Source: Carcharhinus amblyrhynchos (lineage: Eukaryota). Taken from it: a stretch of 64,000 bases of DNA. A program made the translations under genes and the position numbers. The notes beneath the pieces are model-generated. The model was not told the origin of the DNA and did no database searches. It saw only the letters and a program-made list of their open reading frames with translations. The stretch covers positions 38,502,001 to 38,566,000 of the forward strand of contig OZ336876.1 of NCBI GenBank assembly GCA_965287045.1, written 5' to 3'. Below, in pieces: positions 35,172 through 49,172 of this stretch. Every line of letters begins with the position of its first letter. Positions within the stretch are counted from its first letter, which is position 1.

Positions 35172-37019
35172 ACAATATTGCTATTGGCAATTAGTTCTCA
35201 AAGATTAGTTCTCTGCAATACTGATTTATACAAAATATCAGACTCCACTACTTAAACTGATGCACACGGAGGGGCATTATCTTTCCATTTGTATGGTGTC
35301 TGTGGTTAATACAAATATATCTCATTTTTACATGAGAAATGTAGTCATTTAATTATTGTTGTGTTCAACGGGTAGGCGTATGATTTTCTTACGATAAAAC
35401 CATTATTAGCAATCAAACTATTGAGCCTCCACAGAATATAGCATTTCCTGATTCAGGAAGTGGGGGAAGAAAAGTTCTCTCCCACTCCTTTTAAAATTAG
35501 AGCTACAGGTTTGAAATTTCTCATTTGCAACTTTGAGATCTGAGGGAGGAGAGAATATTTTGAGTAAGCAAATTACCACTTCCTCTGGAAGATTTAAATT
35601 TTTGTAGCACAATGTGTAACCAAATTTCCGTTGCAGGTATGTTGACTCCATCGTAAAGCTGGATAGGCTTTACCTGAATCGATTCTGAATCCTTTTTATG
35701 ACTGGTTAAATTTTGGAATAACTACAGTAAAGTTCTGAATGCTGTTAAGCAGTATATAACTCGGGAATAATCAAATCAAAAACTTTAAATGATACTCCTG
35801 TTCCACTTGGCCAGATTTCAAGTTACTGAGTATATCTATCACTTTGCAGGCAGTATACACTTCCTTCCATTCTTCATGTGTATGATGTAGCCAACCCCAG
35901 TGTAACACTGCAGCTCTGCATCCACTCAGAGACAACATGGGAACAAGAGTAGGCTGTTTAATCCCTCGAGCTTGCTTCCCCATTTAATGAGATCATGGTT
36001 GATCTGTGATCTCGCTCCGAATATTTGTCTTTGCCCCATGTGCATTGATATATTTCTATTTAAACACGTTATGATATTGTGCCTATCACTGGTGCTGTTT
36101 GGGTCATGTTATGGGGTCCAGTAAGTGCAGCAAATCCCAATCAATGTAACATTACAGTCTTGCTGCACTGAACTCATCATCACTGTCTAGCTACACCAAT
36201 TAACCATCGATCCACATTAATTTTGGGCCATCTCTGAAAGTGAGTACTTGGAAATAATCCTTCCTTTGAATAAAATTTAAAACCCTTCTTGGAAAAGAGG
36301 GAAAAAGTCCCCTGCTTGTTGAAATGAAACTGCATGACTAATCAAGGAAAATGAACCACTTTACTCAATTTTCCTGCTGAAGTTTAATAATGTTGGCTCC
36401 CTCATCCCCATTCCCGTGCCCCTGTTTTCTGCTTCTTTCCCTGACCATTACCTTTTCCTTGCCTTTCCCCCCTTCTCTCCTTGTGCTGTTCACATCATCT
36501 TTCTCTCTGCTGCCTGTCCCCTCTCTCTCAGGCTCAATGTATCTCCTCCACTTGAGACCAATGATCTGCCTATTCTCTGACGCTGCTTAAGCTGAATGCT
36601 GGACTTGTTCACAATTCCCTGTGTGCAACACCACCGTAAACGTAAAAAGTTAATTGATGAACATACATTTGTTATTCTGCACTTGGAGGCTTACCACAAA
36701 GCTATTGTGATGAGATGGAAGGGTAATTTTTGTTTGTTGGTTCATAGGAGGATGATAGATTGAGAAAATTGGGAACCTAAGCCTTGAAAACAGAATACTT
36801 AAAATATAACACATTCCTTTGAAATTAGTTTATTGCATTTTAGGAGAGGTATCGACCTCTTAACTTTTAAATAAAGAAGAAGTTTACAGACAGATGGATT
36901 AAGTATTATATATTAGTGTCCCACACTATAATTTCAGCGCACTTGTATATTTTTAAATGATCTTCATACATAACTATTCCATGTTCTCTTGGCTGCTTTT
37001 CCACCTTCCATGAACATGA

Positions 37020-37290
37020 GCTCATGCAAAAATTCTGCTGGCTGACTTTCATTGGCGCCCAGTCCTGCAACACCTCAGATCTGAAATACCCTTATGTTCA
37101 AATCCTTCCCTGACCTTGCTGCCTATTTTTATCACTGTAGCCTCCTCCAATGTGACAACCTTCTGAAATGCACGCCTCCAATGCTGACCTCTCGTGATCC
37201 CTGATTTTCTTTTTATTATTGGCAGCCTTACCTTCAGCTGCCCGGGGCCAAAGTTCTGGAACTCCCTCCTTAAACTTCTGCATCTCTGTG
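37020..37290 (+). mobile_element. L2-like LINE 3' fragment
   Basis: GGCAGCCTTACCTTCAGCTGCC...TCTGGAACTCCCTCC (F.....P..WNSL motif typical of an L2 ORF2 C-terminus). Confidence 0.55.
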
Positions 37291-38027
37291 CACCCCTCTA
37301 AAAATGGGTGGACAAGCTACATTCCGCAGACCCATGGGGAGTTTTTCATCCAGCCACCAAGTGCATTCCCTTGCACCTTGGGAGTTGCAGTCTGTCATGC
37401 TTACCTCTCCCATTGGAGAGTTGGACATTGTGGACTGTCGGTGTGCCGAGATATGAGGCAGTATTACTGAAAAGAGAAATAAGAAAGTAGAAGGTCCTTG
37501 TTGCTCCAGTATTGCCCCTGATGCTTCCTCCACTAGGTGCTCCAGCTCTGCCTGCACTGCCAGGCCTTACCCAGCAGCAGAGCTGCAAATAACGGTTGGT
37601 ATTTTGATGGGATTTTCATGATGGCAGAATTTCAGATGCTACCCAAGGAGATTGCTTGCTTCAGGGAGAAAATTCATGTATTCTAAGCAGGATGATAAGT
37701 GAGTGTGTTGGATTCGGGTGGGAAATGCCAGTGAGGATGTGAGTGAAAAGTGTGAGCTCTGCTGTTAAACAAAAAGGTCTGTTTTAGATTTCTTTCCTTC
37801 ACATTATTTCTGTGGCAAAGCATTATTATTATCTGATTTAATTTGTATTGAGCAACAGATCTCATACATATCCTTTTTGCAGGAAACTGCTACTAGTCAA
37901 GCCGAGTTGCCAACGTTCTGGATTGCCTGTAGTCACCAGCAATTTCCCAGGCACAGCAAGACTTAGAAAGACGATTTTGGGCAGTTAATAACCAGAATTC
38001 TTTTTAGACATGTTTGTTTATAAGCAT

Positions 38028-38530
38028 CCTAGACTCAACCATCTTCAGCTGCTTCATCAATGACACTACCTCCATCATAAGGTCAGTAGTGGAAATGTCT
38101 GCTGATGATTACACAATGTTCAGCACCATTTGCAATGACTCAGATACTACTTAGCCTGACACCGTAAGAAGCACCGTGGGGTGGTGCAGTGGTTAGCACT
38201 GCTGCCTCACAGCACCAGGGACCCGGATTGTCTGTGTGGAGTTTGCACATTCTCCCTGTGCCTGCGTGGGTTTCCTCCCACAGTCCAAAATGTGCGGGTT
38301 AGGTTGATTGGCCCTGAGTGTCAGAGGGATTAGCAGTATAAATACATGGGATTACCGGAATAGGCCATGGATAGGATTGTTTTCAGTATAGGCTCAATGG
38401 GCTGAATGGCCTCCTTCTGCATTGTAGGGATTCTGTGATAATATCACACAAATACTAGGCAATGATCATCTCCACCAAAATAGAATTTAACCATTGCCCC
38501 TTTGACATTCAATGGCGTTACCATCATTGA
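38028..38530 (+). mobile_element. LINE RT fragment interrupted by an HE1 SINE (about 38170-38440)
   Basis: ACCATCTTCAGCTGCTTCATCAATGAC...GCTGATGAT (TIFSCFIND...ADD) resumes after the SINE as GCAATGATCATCTCC...GACATTCAATGGC. Same LINE family as 49.9-51.2 kb. Confidence 0.8.
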
Positions 38531-38880
38531 GAGTTGAACTCTCCCAAAACAACAAAGTGTTGAATTCGTGAGAAAACTGGAGTCATTCACACTTTTCTTT
38601 TCTGAGGGGGTTCAGACTAGAGTCTCCCACACTCTGTGCAATGCAGAGGTCAGCAGCATGAATATCATCAAATTTCAGGTAGCACGACCTACTCCCACCT
38701 GGGAGGGTGAAACCTGCATGCACAGTAGCCCCACACTGTCAGCCTCCCTTTTTGCTGGCCAGCAAGATTGCAGGCCACCCGGGACCCTCCAGTGCTGTTT
38801 CCCCCCCCCCACCAAATCCCTATGCCTGAGCGTCCCAACCCCCCTCCCCCTCTTCCTGGAAAACAACTCCTTCACAGTTG
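38530..38880. mobile_element. Fragment of the Harbinger-like element at 2367-3512
   Basis: GTTCAGACTAGAGTCTCCCACACTCTGTGCAAT is nearly the reverse complement of 3411-3443. Confidence 0.7.
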
Positions 38881-39084
38881 AGGTCGCAACACTGATCACT
38901 GTGGTACACAACTCGTTATACCTCACCAACCTGAAAGTTCTTAGCTATCTGTCTCTGTTTGAATAGTTGAGTTACATTTTATTTTACCTTCAATCTAATG
39001 GGACATTCCCTGAATCTGAGTTTCAGAAAATTCAAACTAATGCATCAACTATCTCACTAGTCACTTCTTTAAAGACCTGAGGAT

Positions 39085-39428
39085 TTTTTATTTCATTCTT
39101 TCATGGGATGTGACCATTTTTTGCTCATCTCTAATTGTCCATTTCAGAGGGCAGTTAAGAATTAACCACATTGCTGGGGGTCTGAAGTCACATGTAGGCC
39201 AGACTAGGTAAGGATGGCAGATTTCCTTCCCTAAAGAACTTTAATGAAGCAGATGGGTTTTTACGACAATCGGACAATGGTTTCATTGTCATTATTGGAT
39301 TGTTAATTGCAGATTTTTTATTGAATTCAAATTCCACTATCTGCCATAGTGGGAATGAAATCCAGGACCCCAGAGCATTACTCTAGGTCTCTGGATTACT
39401 AGTTCAGCGATAATACTACTGCTTCCCT
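39085..39428 (-). mobile_element. tRNA-like-headed SINE nested in a CR1 fragment
   Basis: Minus strand begins AGTAGTATTATCGCTGAACTAGTAATCCAGAG...GGATTTCATTCCC (decayed tRNA-like head). Body and 3' end are shared with 9.1 and 50-51 kb. Confidence 0.75.
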
Positions 39429-39429
39429 C

Positions 39430-41090
39430 GTCTATCAGATGGAGTCTGTCAGAACTCGAGCACTTCTCAGATTGCAGCTCCAGCAACTTACTTGGCTTCT
39501 ATGGTGACTGTAATTTTCCTGAGTACTTCCCACTCTTCCATTTCCTGATTTATAGCTGTTTCTGGACTGTTACTTGTATCCATACCTGTTTAATTTATCT
39601 GCCATTTCCTTGTTTTCCATTATCAATTCTCCAGATATAGTTTCTATAGGACCAGGGCTCACTTTGTTAACTTGTTTCTCTTTAAAATATTTATAGAAAC
39701 TCTATCGGTTTTTGTATTCCTGGCCATCTTTCTCTCGTACTTTAATTTTTCCCTCCTTCCTTTGCTGTTCTTCATATTCTGTCCAACCTTCTGACCTTTT
39801 ACTGATCTTTTCACAATTATATGCTTTTTCTTTAAGTTTGATACTATCTTTAACATTTCTAGTTAACCACAGATGGTGTGTGTCCGTTGGAATTTTTTCT
39901 TACTCGTTGGAATGCATCTATTCTGTGTAATATGAAATTTCCCCTTAAGTATTTACAACTGCATCTCTGACCTATCCCTTAACTTAATTTGCCAATTTGT
40001 TTAGCCAGCTCTACTTTCTTGTCCTCATAATTGTCCTGATTTAAGTTTTAAGTACATAGTCTCGGACCCACTCCTCACTCCCTCAAACTGAATGAAAAAT
40101 TCAATCAAATTATGATCACTGCAACCTAGCAGCAACTTTAATATAAGATCATTAATTAATTACCATGTGGTTACTATTAGGGGGCCTGTACAGAAGTGAC
40201 TTCTTACCTTTTATCATTTCTCAACTCACCCAAACTGTTTCCGCATCCTGGTTTCCTGAACTTGGGTGAGCCCTCTCTTGTGCTAATAGCAACATTAACT
40301 AACGGAGCCACACCTCCATCTTTTTCTCACTTTGTCTCCTTCCTAACTATCATGTACCCTTCAATATTCAGGTCCCAATCCATGTCCTACTGAAGCCATG
40401 TCTCTGTAATAGCTAACAAGTGATACTTCTGTGTGCACTCTCAGTTGAACTATTTTGTTTTGAATGCTTTATGCATTCTGATATAGAGCCTTTAGTTTTA
40501 TCTTTTTATTCTTATTACAATCTCATCTGTTGATTTACTGTTATATTTGTCTTCTTCCTGTCATGGTCTGTATTTCATTTCCCATAGTAACACCTTTCTC
40601 TTTGCCTTGTCTCTACTCTTTGATTTACTATATCATCCCGGATTTTATCCTGAGCCCCCATTATTTAGTGTTAAACCTTCCCTACTTCCCTAGTTATGTG
40701 GCTCGCAAGAACACTAGTCCCAGCATGACTCAGGTGCAGATGGTACAGGTCCCACTTTTTCCAGTAGTGATGCTAGTGACCCATGAACCAGACTCCATTT
40801 CATGTGCACCACTCTTTGAGCCATGCATTTATCTCCCTAATTTGATTGTCCAATGCCAATCCAGAAATTATGACCTTTGAGGTTTTGTTGCTTAATTTGA
40901 TGCTAAGGTTCTCATACTGCATATGAAAACCCTCTTTCCTTATCCTGCCGATGTCATTGGTACTCACATTAAGCAAACGACTTGGCCCCCTTTCCTCCCA
41001 CTGCAAGTTTCTCTCCAGTTTGCGTTTCCAACTTTCGGTACAGAGAATAGTGTCAATCCTCCTGACTATACTGCCCTCTACTATCACGAC
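39430..41090 (-). mobile_element. Fragmented CR1 LINE (esterase-type ORF1 plus ORF2 pieces)
   Basis: ORF 40800-41087 reads GSIVRRID...VSTNDIGR...KVIISGL...EINAWLKEWC (SGNH-esterase ORF1 of CR1). ORF 39659-39856 reads KLKYERKMARNTKTD (ORF2 linker). Confidence 0.8.
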
Positions 41091-41578
41091 ATTCTTACAA
41101 CACAGGAGGAGGCCATTCAGTCCATTGCATCTGTGCTGGCCGTAAAAGAGCTATCCAGCCGAATCCCACTTACCAATTTTTGACTCATAATATAAGTGCT
41201 ATAATGTATAAGACTAAGGCATTTGTTAAAAGTAATGAGTGTTGCTGTCACTACCATTCTTCCAGGCATGAGTACCAGACTCCCATCATTCTCTGGGTAA
41301 AAATAAATTTCTCTTCCAACTCCTCTCTCGTGCTAACCATCTGTCCCTTAGTTATTGTTCCCTTCACTAAAGAGAATCAGTCCTCCCTATCCAGTCAATC
41401 TGTGCCCTACACAATGATATACACCTCAATGAAATCTCTCCTCGGCTACCTCCACTTCAAAGAAAACAATCCCTAACCTGTTCGATCTATCTTCAGACCA
41501 TGTTGATCTCCTCTGTATCTTCTCTGCTACAATCACAACCTGAAGAGTGGGTAACCTGCACCCTTCACTAGAACCTGA

Positions 41579-41917
41579 AATCATTGAAACCCTACAGTAC
41601 AGAAACAGGCCATTTGGCCCATCAAGTCTGCACCGACCACAATCCCACCCAGGCCCCATCCCTATATCCCTACATATTTACTCACTAATCCCTCTAACTT
41701 ATGCATCCCAGGACACTAAGGGCAATTTTTAGCATGGCCAATCAACCTAACCCACACATCTTTGGACTGTGCAAGGAAACCGGAGCACCCAAGGAAACCC
41801 ATGCAGACACAAGGAGAATGTCTGTGTGGAGTTTGCACAATGACCCAAGCCAGGAATCAAACCCAGGTTCCTGGAGTTGTGAAGCAGCAGTGCTAACCAC
41901 TGTGCTACCCTGCCGCC
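41579..41917 (-). mobile_element. HE1-type V-SINE
   Basis: GCAGCAGTGCTAACCACTGTGCTACC head and GGCCATTTGGCCCATCAAGTCTGCACC tail, in reverse. Confidence 0.9.
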
Positions 41918-42934
41918 TCAATGATCCATCCAGTTCACTAATAAATGAATCCATTAAAAATACTCTTCATTAAGAATCAGAATTCTTCTTTGTGAAGTAC
42001 ATTTGAGTCTCCATAACTTACATTTTAGGCAGTGGCAGCTTCTACAAACGATTGTGTCAAAATAACTTGCTCCTTTTTTAATTGGTTATTATAAATTGTG
42101 GCTTTGCTCTTTCGACCTTGAATCAGGATTTTTGTTTGGCAGACCCAGTGGCATAGGATTGTGACATTGGACCATCAAAATTCAGCATTTATTCAAAAAC
42201 ATTCTCACATCCTTGTATATAAATTAGTTTAGTCTGGCATTCTCCAATCTTGTTTGCCTTGTGACCATTGCCAGTGGGAATGGAGAGTTTGACGCTCAGC
42301 CAAAACACCATTCACCACAGTGGCACCAGAGAATCCCAGCCATGGGTAAGGTCAGGGAATTCTGGCCTACATGTCTGGAAAATCTAGGATATTCAATAAA
42401 TTGCATAACCATCAGAAAGATTGGTAAATAATACAGGTAAGGTTGCCATTCAGATAACAGCAATGGCACTTGTATAATAAACTGGTGTGTTAGCAGTCAC
42501 AGTTTATTTATGTCACCATCCCTGTAAGTTATCAAAATCATTGTACGAGTCTTATCATTTCATGCACTTGAATAATTTGAGTTTGGGAGTCATTTCAATG
42601 CATTGTCTGAAACCAATACAATGTACATCTTATTAAAGTGATTTTAAATTTAAGATCTAAGATAGTACACTGTTATTAAAATATATTTACAGTGCACATC
42701 ACTTGGGCAGAGCTAAAATTTCACTTTGGTTCTAGTGTAGACATTTAATTATAGTCCAGACATGCAGTTCCCACAGCACATTGTTTGATATGCAAGGTGA
42801 AATAAATGTGTTTAAATGTGATCTCGTGAGCACAATCCACTGCAATATTGTTTCATGCAATCTGGTGGTAAAGTGGCCAGGTGTGTATATAGGATGATAT
42901 GGCACAATAACAGGCTATTCTGTCTGGTTAGCCC

Positions 42935-43065
42935 ATGATGTGGAGATGCGGTGTTGGACACAACTCCCACTCACCTGGTGAAGGAGCAGCACTCTGAAAG
43001 CTTGTGGTTTGTGCTACCAAATAAACCTGTTGGGCTTTAACCTGGTGTTGCGAGACTTCTTACTA
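42935..43065 (+). mobile_element. Penelope-like terminal-repeat fragment with a decayed hammerhead core
   Basis: TGATGTGGAGATGC...CCTGGTGAAGGAGCAGCACTCTGAAAGCT...AAATAAACCTGTTGGGCTTTAACCTGGTGTTG. Confidence 0.7.
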
Positions 43066-44267
43066 GCTGGTCCATGCCAGTGTACATACTTCACTCAAGC
43101 CACCTCTCTAGATGATCTCTAGAAATGTTGTTTCCCATAAATAATTGACATATGATGTTCAATGGTGGTAATAGTGGGGAGGCTACTTATTATTTGGGAA
43201 TTACATGTCATTGGTGGGGTGGAGAAACAAATGGATCTCACATTACAAATACAAAAAGTTGTGCCATAGGTTAAAAAGCACTCCCCCACCACCCCCCCAA
43301 GGCAAAATTGCAAACCAAGAAATATTCTCTCTGTACTGACGCAAAACATTGTAAAATTTTGATGATCACTCCTCAGCCCTCTTTTTTCTGTCAGTCGATC
43401 CTCTCCAGAAATGTATGCACAAGCATTTCTGATCTCATTCATGCAAATCTTCTTCAGTGCCTCTATCCTGTTTACAATATGGCAACTAAAACTGGACCAT
43501 AATATTCTTAAGTGTAGTCTAACAAAGGTTTGATCCAGGTTTAACCTAAACTTCCCTACTTTTTATTCTATTCCTCCAGAAATAAAAACTAGAACTTGGT
43601 TTGTAATTTTGTGTTGGGGGGCGGAATCCATGCCTGAGATCATTGAGGGGAAAGGAGGGTCTGCTGGCACTCTGCCTGAGCTCATGGGGGTGGAGGGGGG
43701 AGGGCAGAGGGGGGTCCATGGCCATTCTGCCTGAGATCATTGGGAGGAAGGTCAGGAGAGGCCCTGGATCGTACTGGCTGGCTGGCGGGTGGGTGGGTGG
43801 GGGGATAAGGGGGTCAGTAATGTTGAAGGGGTGGGGGGGGGTCAGTGTCTGTGGGGGCCGGGGGGAGCACTATCTGGCCCAGGAGCGAAGTGATAGGGAA
43901 GTGTTATTCTATCTTTTTTTTCTGCAGTTGGAGGCTATGATTAGAGCTGCAGGGTTTCGGGTGCGTTGAGTCCTGGCCATAGGCTTGTATAGCGCAAAGC
44001 AGAATCGCTGCTATTTTTGCAGGCAGAGTGTGTATGGCGGTGTCAGTGTTTGATTTGTCATATTCAATATTAACCTTGCAAAACATTCAACCTTTCATGA
44101 AACCACTGACGTTTCTGGATAACTTTAGACTAACAATGTAGTAAATTAGTGATTTTTTTTGGCATTATAAATTCATTTTCTGTGTTTAGTAACCATAAAT
44201 AATGTTCCAACATGTTTCTTTTAACAATAATTTTGAATGCACCCTGCCATAGGCATGAGTATTTAGA

Positions 44268-45205
44268 GTATAAGATATAGGAGCAGAATTAAGTCATTTG
44301 GCCTTTCAAGTCTGCTCTGCCATTCAATCATGGCTGATAAGTTTCTCAACCCCATTCTCACATCTTTTCCCTGTAACCTTTGATCCCCTTACCAATCAAG
44401 AGCCTATCTATCTCTGTCTTAAATACACTCAATGATCTGGCTTCCACAGCCTTCTGTGGCAATGAATTCCACAGATTCACAACCCTCTGGCTGAAGAAAT
44501 TGCTCCTCATCTCAGTTCTAAAGAGTCATCCATTTATTCAGAGACTGTGCCCTCGGACTGTAGTCTTGCCTACTAATGGAAACATCTGACCCTCTCTCCA
44601 GGCCTTTCAGTATTTTGTAAGTTTCAATTAGATCACCCCTCATCCTTCTAATCTCCGTCGAGTACAGAGCCAGAGTCCTTGAATGATCCTCGTACATCAG
44701 GCTTTTTATTCCTGGGGTCATTCTCATGAACTTCCTCTGGACCGTCGCCAGTGCCAACAAATCCTCCTTTAGATAGGGGGCCCAAAACAATACTGCAAAT
44801 GTGGTCTGACCAGAACCTTATAAAGCCTCAGCAGTACACCCCTGTTTTTGTATTCTAGTCCTCTTGAAAAGAATGCTGACATTACGTTTGTCTTCCTACT
44901 ACCAACTTGACTTGCAAGTTAACCTTAAGAGAATCCTGAAGCAGGAGTCCCGAGTCCCTTTGCGCTTCCAATTTCTGAATTCTCTCCCCATTTAGAAAAT
45001 GGTCTACACCTCTACTCTTTCTACCAAAGTGCATAACCTCACCCTTTCCCACATTGTATTCCATCTGCCACTTCTTTGCCCACTTTCCTAGTCTGTTCAA
45101 ATCCTCCTGCAGCCAACTGCCTCCTCAATACTACCTGTCCCTCCACCTATCTTTGTATCGTCTGCAAACTTAGCCACAATACCCTTTGTTCCTGCATCTA
45201 GATCA
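44268..45205 (-). mobile_element. CR1/HER1-like LINE 3' fragment
   Basis: Minus-strand ORFs read RLGKWAKKWQMEYNVGKGEVMHFG and FWAPYLKED...VQRKFMRM.PG...RRMRGDLIETYKILKG. FADDTK motif at about 45150-45168. Confidence 0.93.
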
Positions 45206-46335
45206 TTGATGCAATTGTTGATCGTTGTTTGTATCTGTCAAACGGCCCATTTGGATGGACTGAAAAATACAGAGCCATATTAGTGAACACCATGTTGGAT
45301 GGTTTACCTTCTTGTTAACAACACAGCGAAAGGATTTAGATCCTATAGGTAACTGAATAGAATTGGAATGTAAAATTAGCAGCAGGGGTGATAGGGTCAC
45401 AATTCTGAGGTATGGTAAGGCCAGGCTGGTAGCACCCAGCAGTATTTTAGCTAAGTCAGGAGGACCATCCCTCCTTTCAATTCCAAAAAAATAAATAGAC
45501 TAAAATAAGTTATTTTAGTCATCAACAGCTCCACCTATGTGCTTCTTAAAACCAAAACCTCCCAGTTGCATTTTTATCACCAATCGGGGATGTAAATGTA
45601 AGTCATTGGGTTCATGTGAAACCAGAACAGTTCTAACAGCTGAAGCCCTTTGGTAATGGTTCCATCTTTCAGTGTATTGCTTGGAAAGTTGTAAAGTTAA
45701 TGCACTGTATCTGTTTTAAAGGAACAGTGAACGGTAATAAAACTTTTACCCGCAGCACAGACTCTTTTTGTGTGTGAGAAGAGTGAAGTGCTCAGCAAGT
45801 TGGGCACCCCCCGCATTTAGTGCCAAATGCCTGACACAAGCGAAGTTCTGAGTTGCTGGTGAAGCCTTTAAATAAAATTAGCTGTTTACAACATTCAAGC
45901 ATTAAAATTAATCTTTAGCATTGCACTTTGTTTCTTCTCCCTTCAAAGGTCGTTTGATCTTCCAACAACTTTCCCACATCTTGTGAGAAGCTTCTGGCCT
46001 TTGGAACTCCATGGCCTAGGGTGCTACTTCTTGTTTGTTTGACTATTCTATTCTATGTGGTCCTGAGCTGTGTCACTTCATGAAAGTATCATTTTTATGT
46101 TGCACAGCTCAGCTTCACATCAAGGCCTATTGTTAGGGCCTGCAGTTGTGCCATTTGCCATTGAAAGTGTGATGTAGTGTTTTTATTGCTGACTTTTAAA
46201 TACTTGCATAGTACTAACATTTATTTCGGGTCACGTGCTCAATACCTCGATGTACTAAAACCAGGCCACAAAATTATTAGTGAACTAAATGTGAGGCTGC
46301 AGTACCACATAAGCTGCTCGTGCATCTGTCATATT

Positions 46336-46585
46336 TCATAGAATCCTGACAGCGCAGAAGGAGGTCATTTGGCCCATCAAGTCTGCACTGACCACACAGG
46401 CCCTATTCCCATAAGCCCATATATTTACCCACACATCTTTGGACTGTGGGAGGAAACCGGAGCACCCGTAGGACACCCACACAGACACGGATAGAATGTG
46501 CAAACTCTACATAGACAGTGACCCAAGGCCAGAATTGAACCTGAGTCCCTGGTGCTGTGAGGCAGAAGTGCTAACCACTGTGCCC
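46336..46585 (-). mobile_element. HE1-type V-SINE
   Basis: Reverse-complement head, core and tail motifs. Confidence 0.88.
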
Positions 46586-47289
46586 GGAAATCTGTGAAGC
46601 TGTGAGTTTGATTGTCATTACCTTTATGATATTTTCAGGAGAAGGTGCAACCACTTTTAAACATAAAACAAAATGCTTCAATTCTCTGTTTTCAGATCTA
46701 TAGGTTTGCTTTAAGAATTTTCAATATCAATCATTCAATAGTTTTCTTCCCATAGTAATGGGAGATATTGTAGAAATTTCAGTGTTTAGGTTACTTTGCT
46801 TCAGATTCAAACTCATTTAAAATGCTTCCTGTGGCAGTAATTTCAAATGGTATGAGGCCCATTTTGGGGTTCTAGCATAATCTTTGACTCCAGTTGGATT
46901 TACCATTCCAGATCTAAATCATTGCGACAGATGCGCTAAAAATGATCTTTCAATATGATTCTGTTCAGTTAAACAAAAACTTACTCATTTCATCCAATTT
47001 ATAATTACATTCAGAACAATATGTTTTATTTTGAATCAAAAAGAACAAAGATCGTTATTCGAAGCTAAGCATTAATGGACTAGTAATCCTTTGTAAAAGA
47101 CCCTCCCTCACTTTCTCACTGAGTCTCATTCATTCACCAAATTCCTGCTGGATGTGTGCAAGCACTTGTATTTTCTTACATTTTTCATAACTTTAATTTA
47201 TATTAAACCAATTGGTTTACCAATGAGCTGGTAAAACAGATGCAAAGAAGACAGCGGCAAACTTTTACATAAAGCTGAATTTCATTTGG

Positions 47290-47832
47290 AATATTGTGAG
47301 CAATTTTGGGCCCTGTATCTAAGGAAGGATGTGCTGGCTTTGGAAATGGACCAGAGGAGGTTCATGAGAATGATTCCGGGAATGAAAGGCTTGACATTTG
47401 AGGAGTGCTTGAGGACTCTGGCTGTGTACGATGGAGTTTAGAAGGATGAGGGGGAATCTCATTGAAATTTACAAAATACTGGAAGGTTTGGATAGAGTGG
47501 GCGTGAAGAAGCTGTTTCCATTAATAAGAGAGAGTAGGATCTGAGGGCATAGCCTCAGAATAAAGGGACGGCCTTTTAGATCCGAGAGGAGAAGGAATCT
47601 CTTCAGCCAGAGGTTGGTGAATCTATGGAATTCATTGCCACAGAAGGCTGTGGGGGCCACGTCTTTGAGTGTCCGCCATTTAAGATGGAGATAGATAGAT
47701 AGATTCTTGATTGGTAAGGGGATCAAAGGTTACAGAGAATGGGGTTGAGAAACTTATCAGCTATGATTGAATGGCAGAGTAGACTCGATGGACCAAATGG
47801 TCTAATTCTGCTGCTATATCTTATTGTCTTAT
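47290..47832 (+). mobile_element. CR1/HER1-like LINE 3' fragment
   Basis: TATTGTGAGCAATTTTGGGCCC (YCEQFWA)...AGAAGGATGAGGGGGAATCTCATTGAA. Closely similar in reverse to 44270-44790. Confidence 0.92.
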
Positions 47833-48897
47833 AAATGACTTTAAATTTCCAGTTTTCCCTTGACCATCATTTTAAGTTCAGTTTGTATTGGAAATAAAAA
47901 CAATTACAAAACCTTTCCTTGAATAGACAGGATGAGGTAGCCTTGCTCTAAAGGTTTACTACATACATGAGTATCTTTATTTTCAGTAGGTAAATTCCAC
48001 TCGTCTAGAGGAAGCAAGTTACTTCCAATGTGTTGCAGAGGGACTGAAAACTTTCCCCACGTATCCGGAGTGAACTTTTCTCTGGCTGAAATGAAAAGTG
48101 CCAGATGTCTGATTCTCTTTTTTTGAGATTGAGAGACCTGTGTTCAGCCAAGCCAAAAAAAAAGAATAATGTGTTGGATTCAACTTTAAAATTGAAATTA
48201 AACTTTACAAGGGGAAGGGCAAATTTTGTGTTCAGTATAATTACAACAAAAAGGACAAGTGGATACTTAAGTGCAATGGTTTTATTTAAAGTGATAGTGT
48301 CAAAATTATTTGAGGGCTAACCGTTGATATTAACGATACTCTACACCCTCACTCTCTGAAAATCAGTTTGGCACAGTGGGGCCTGACTCTCTGGGCTTTA
48401 CTTACATAAATATTTAGAAAGTAGAAAGGCTTGGCAAATACATTTTTGATAATACAGACAGAAATGGAGGACTAAACAAAGTAATTCTATTCCCAGGTGC
48501 TTCACAATCTCTCATTCTGTTGCAAAATCAGGTACACACCAACTATTAGTATTTCACTGAGGAAAAAAATTACCCCAGACTGGGCCCTTGTCCATCAATT
48601 GCTCTCTCACCCATTGCCATTAATAAATTGAGGAGAACAGAATCCATCCTGTCAATGTTACTGACAGAATTGATTCCAGCTGCTGTTTATTGCAAACAGG
48701 AAGTCTTGTGAAATCAGAGAATGAACCCCCTCTCTTCCCCCAACCCATTATAGCTTAGAGCAGTTGGAACCCTCATGCTTTTGCAGTAAGAGCATGCTGA
48801 CGGAAACAAGATTTCAATCCAAACCGATAGGCATGGAAAGTTAAGTGGGATGGGGAAGGAGGAATGGGACAGCAAGGAAAAGTGGAGGAAAGAGGCT

Positions 48898-49172
48898 GCA
48901 TTGCTGCCTCACAGTGCCAGCGACCTAGGTTCAATTCCAGCTTTGGATGACTGTCTCTGTGAAGTTTACATGTTCTTCCTATGTTCGTGTGAGTTTTCTC
49001 TGGGTCCTCCGATTTCCTCCCACAGTCAAAGATGTGCGGGTTAGGTTGATTGACAATGCTAAATTGCCCCTTAGTGTCAGGGGAACTAGTGGGATAAGAA
49101 CGTGGATTGTTATCAGTGCAGTCTCAATGGGCTGAATGGCTCCTTCTGCACTATAGGGATTCTATGATTCTA
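48898..49172 (+). mobile_element. HE1-type V-SINE
   Basis: CTGCCTCACAGTGCCAG, B box GGTTCAATTCC, tail GGGATTCTATGATTCT. Confidence 0.87.
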
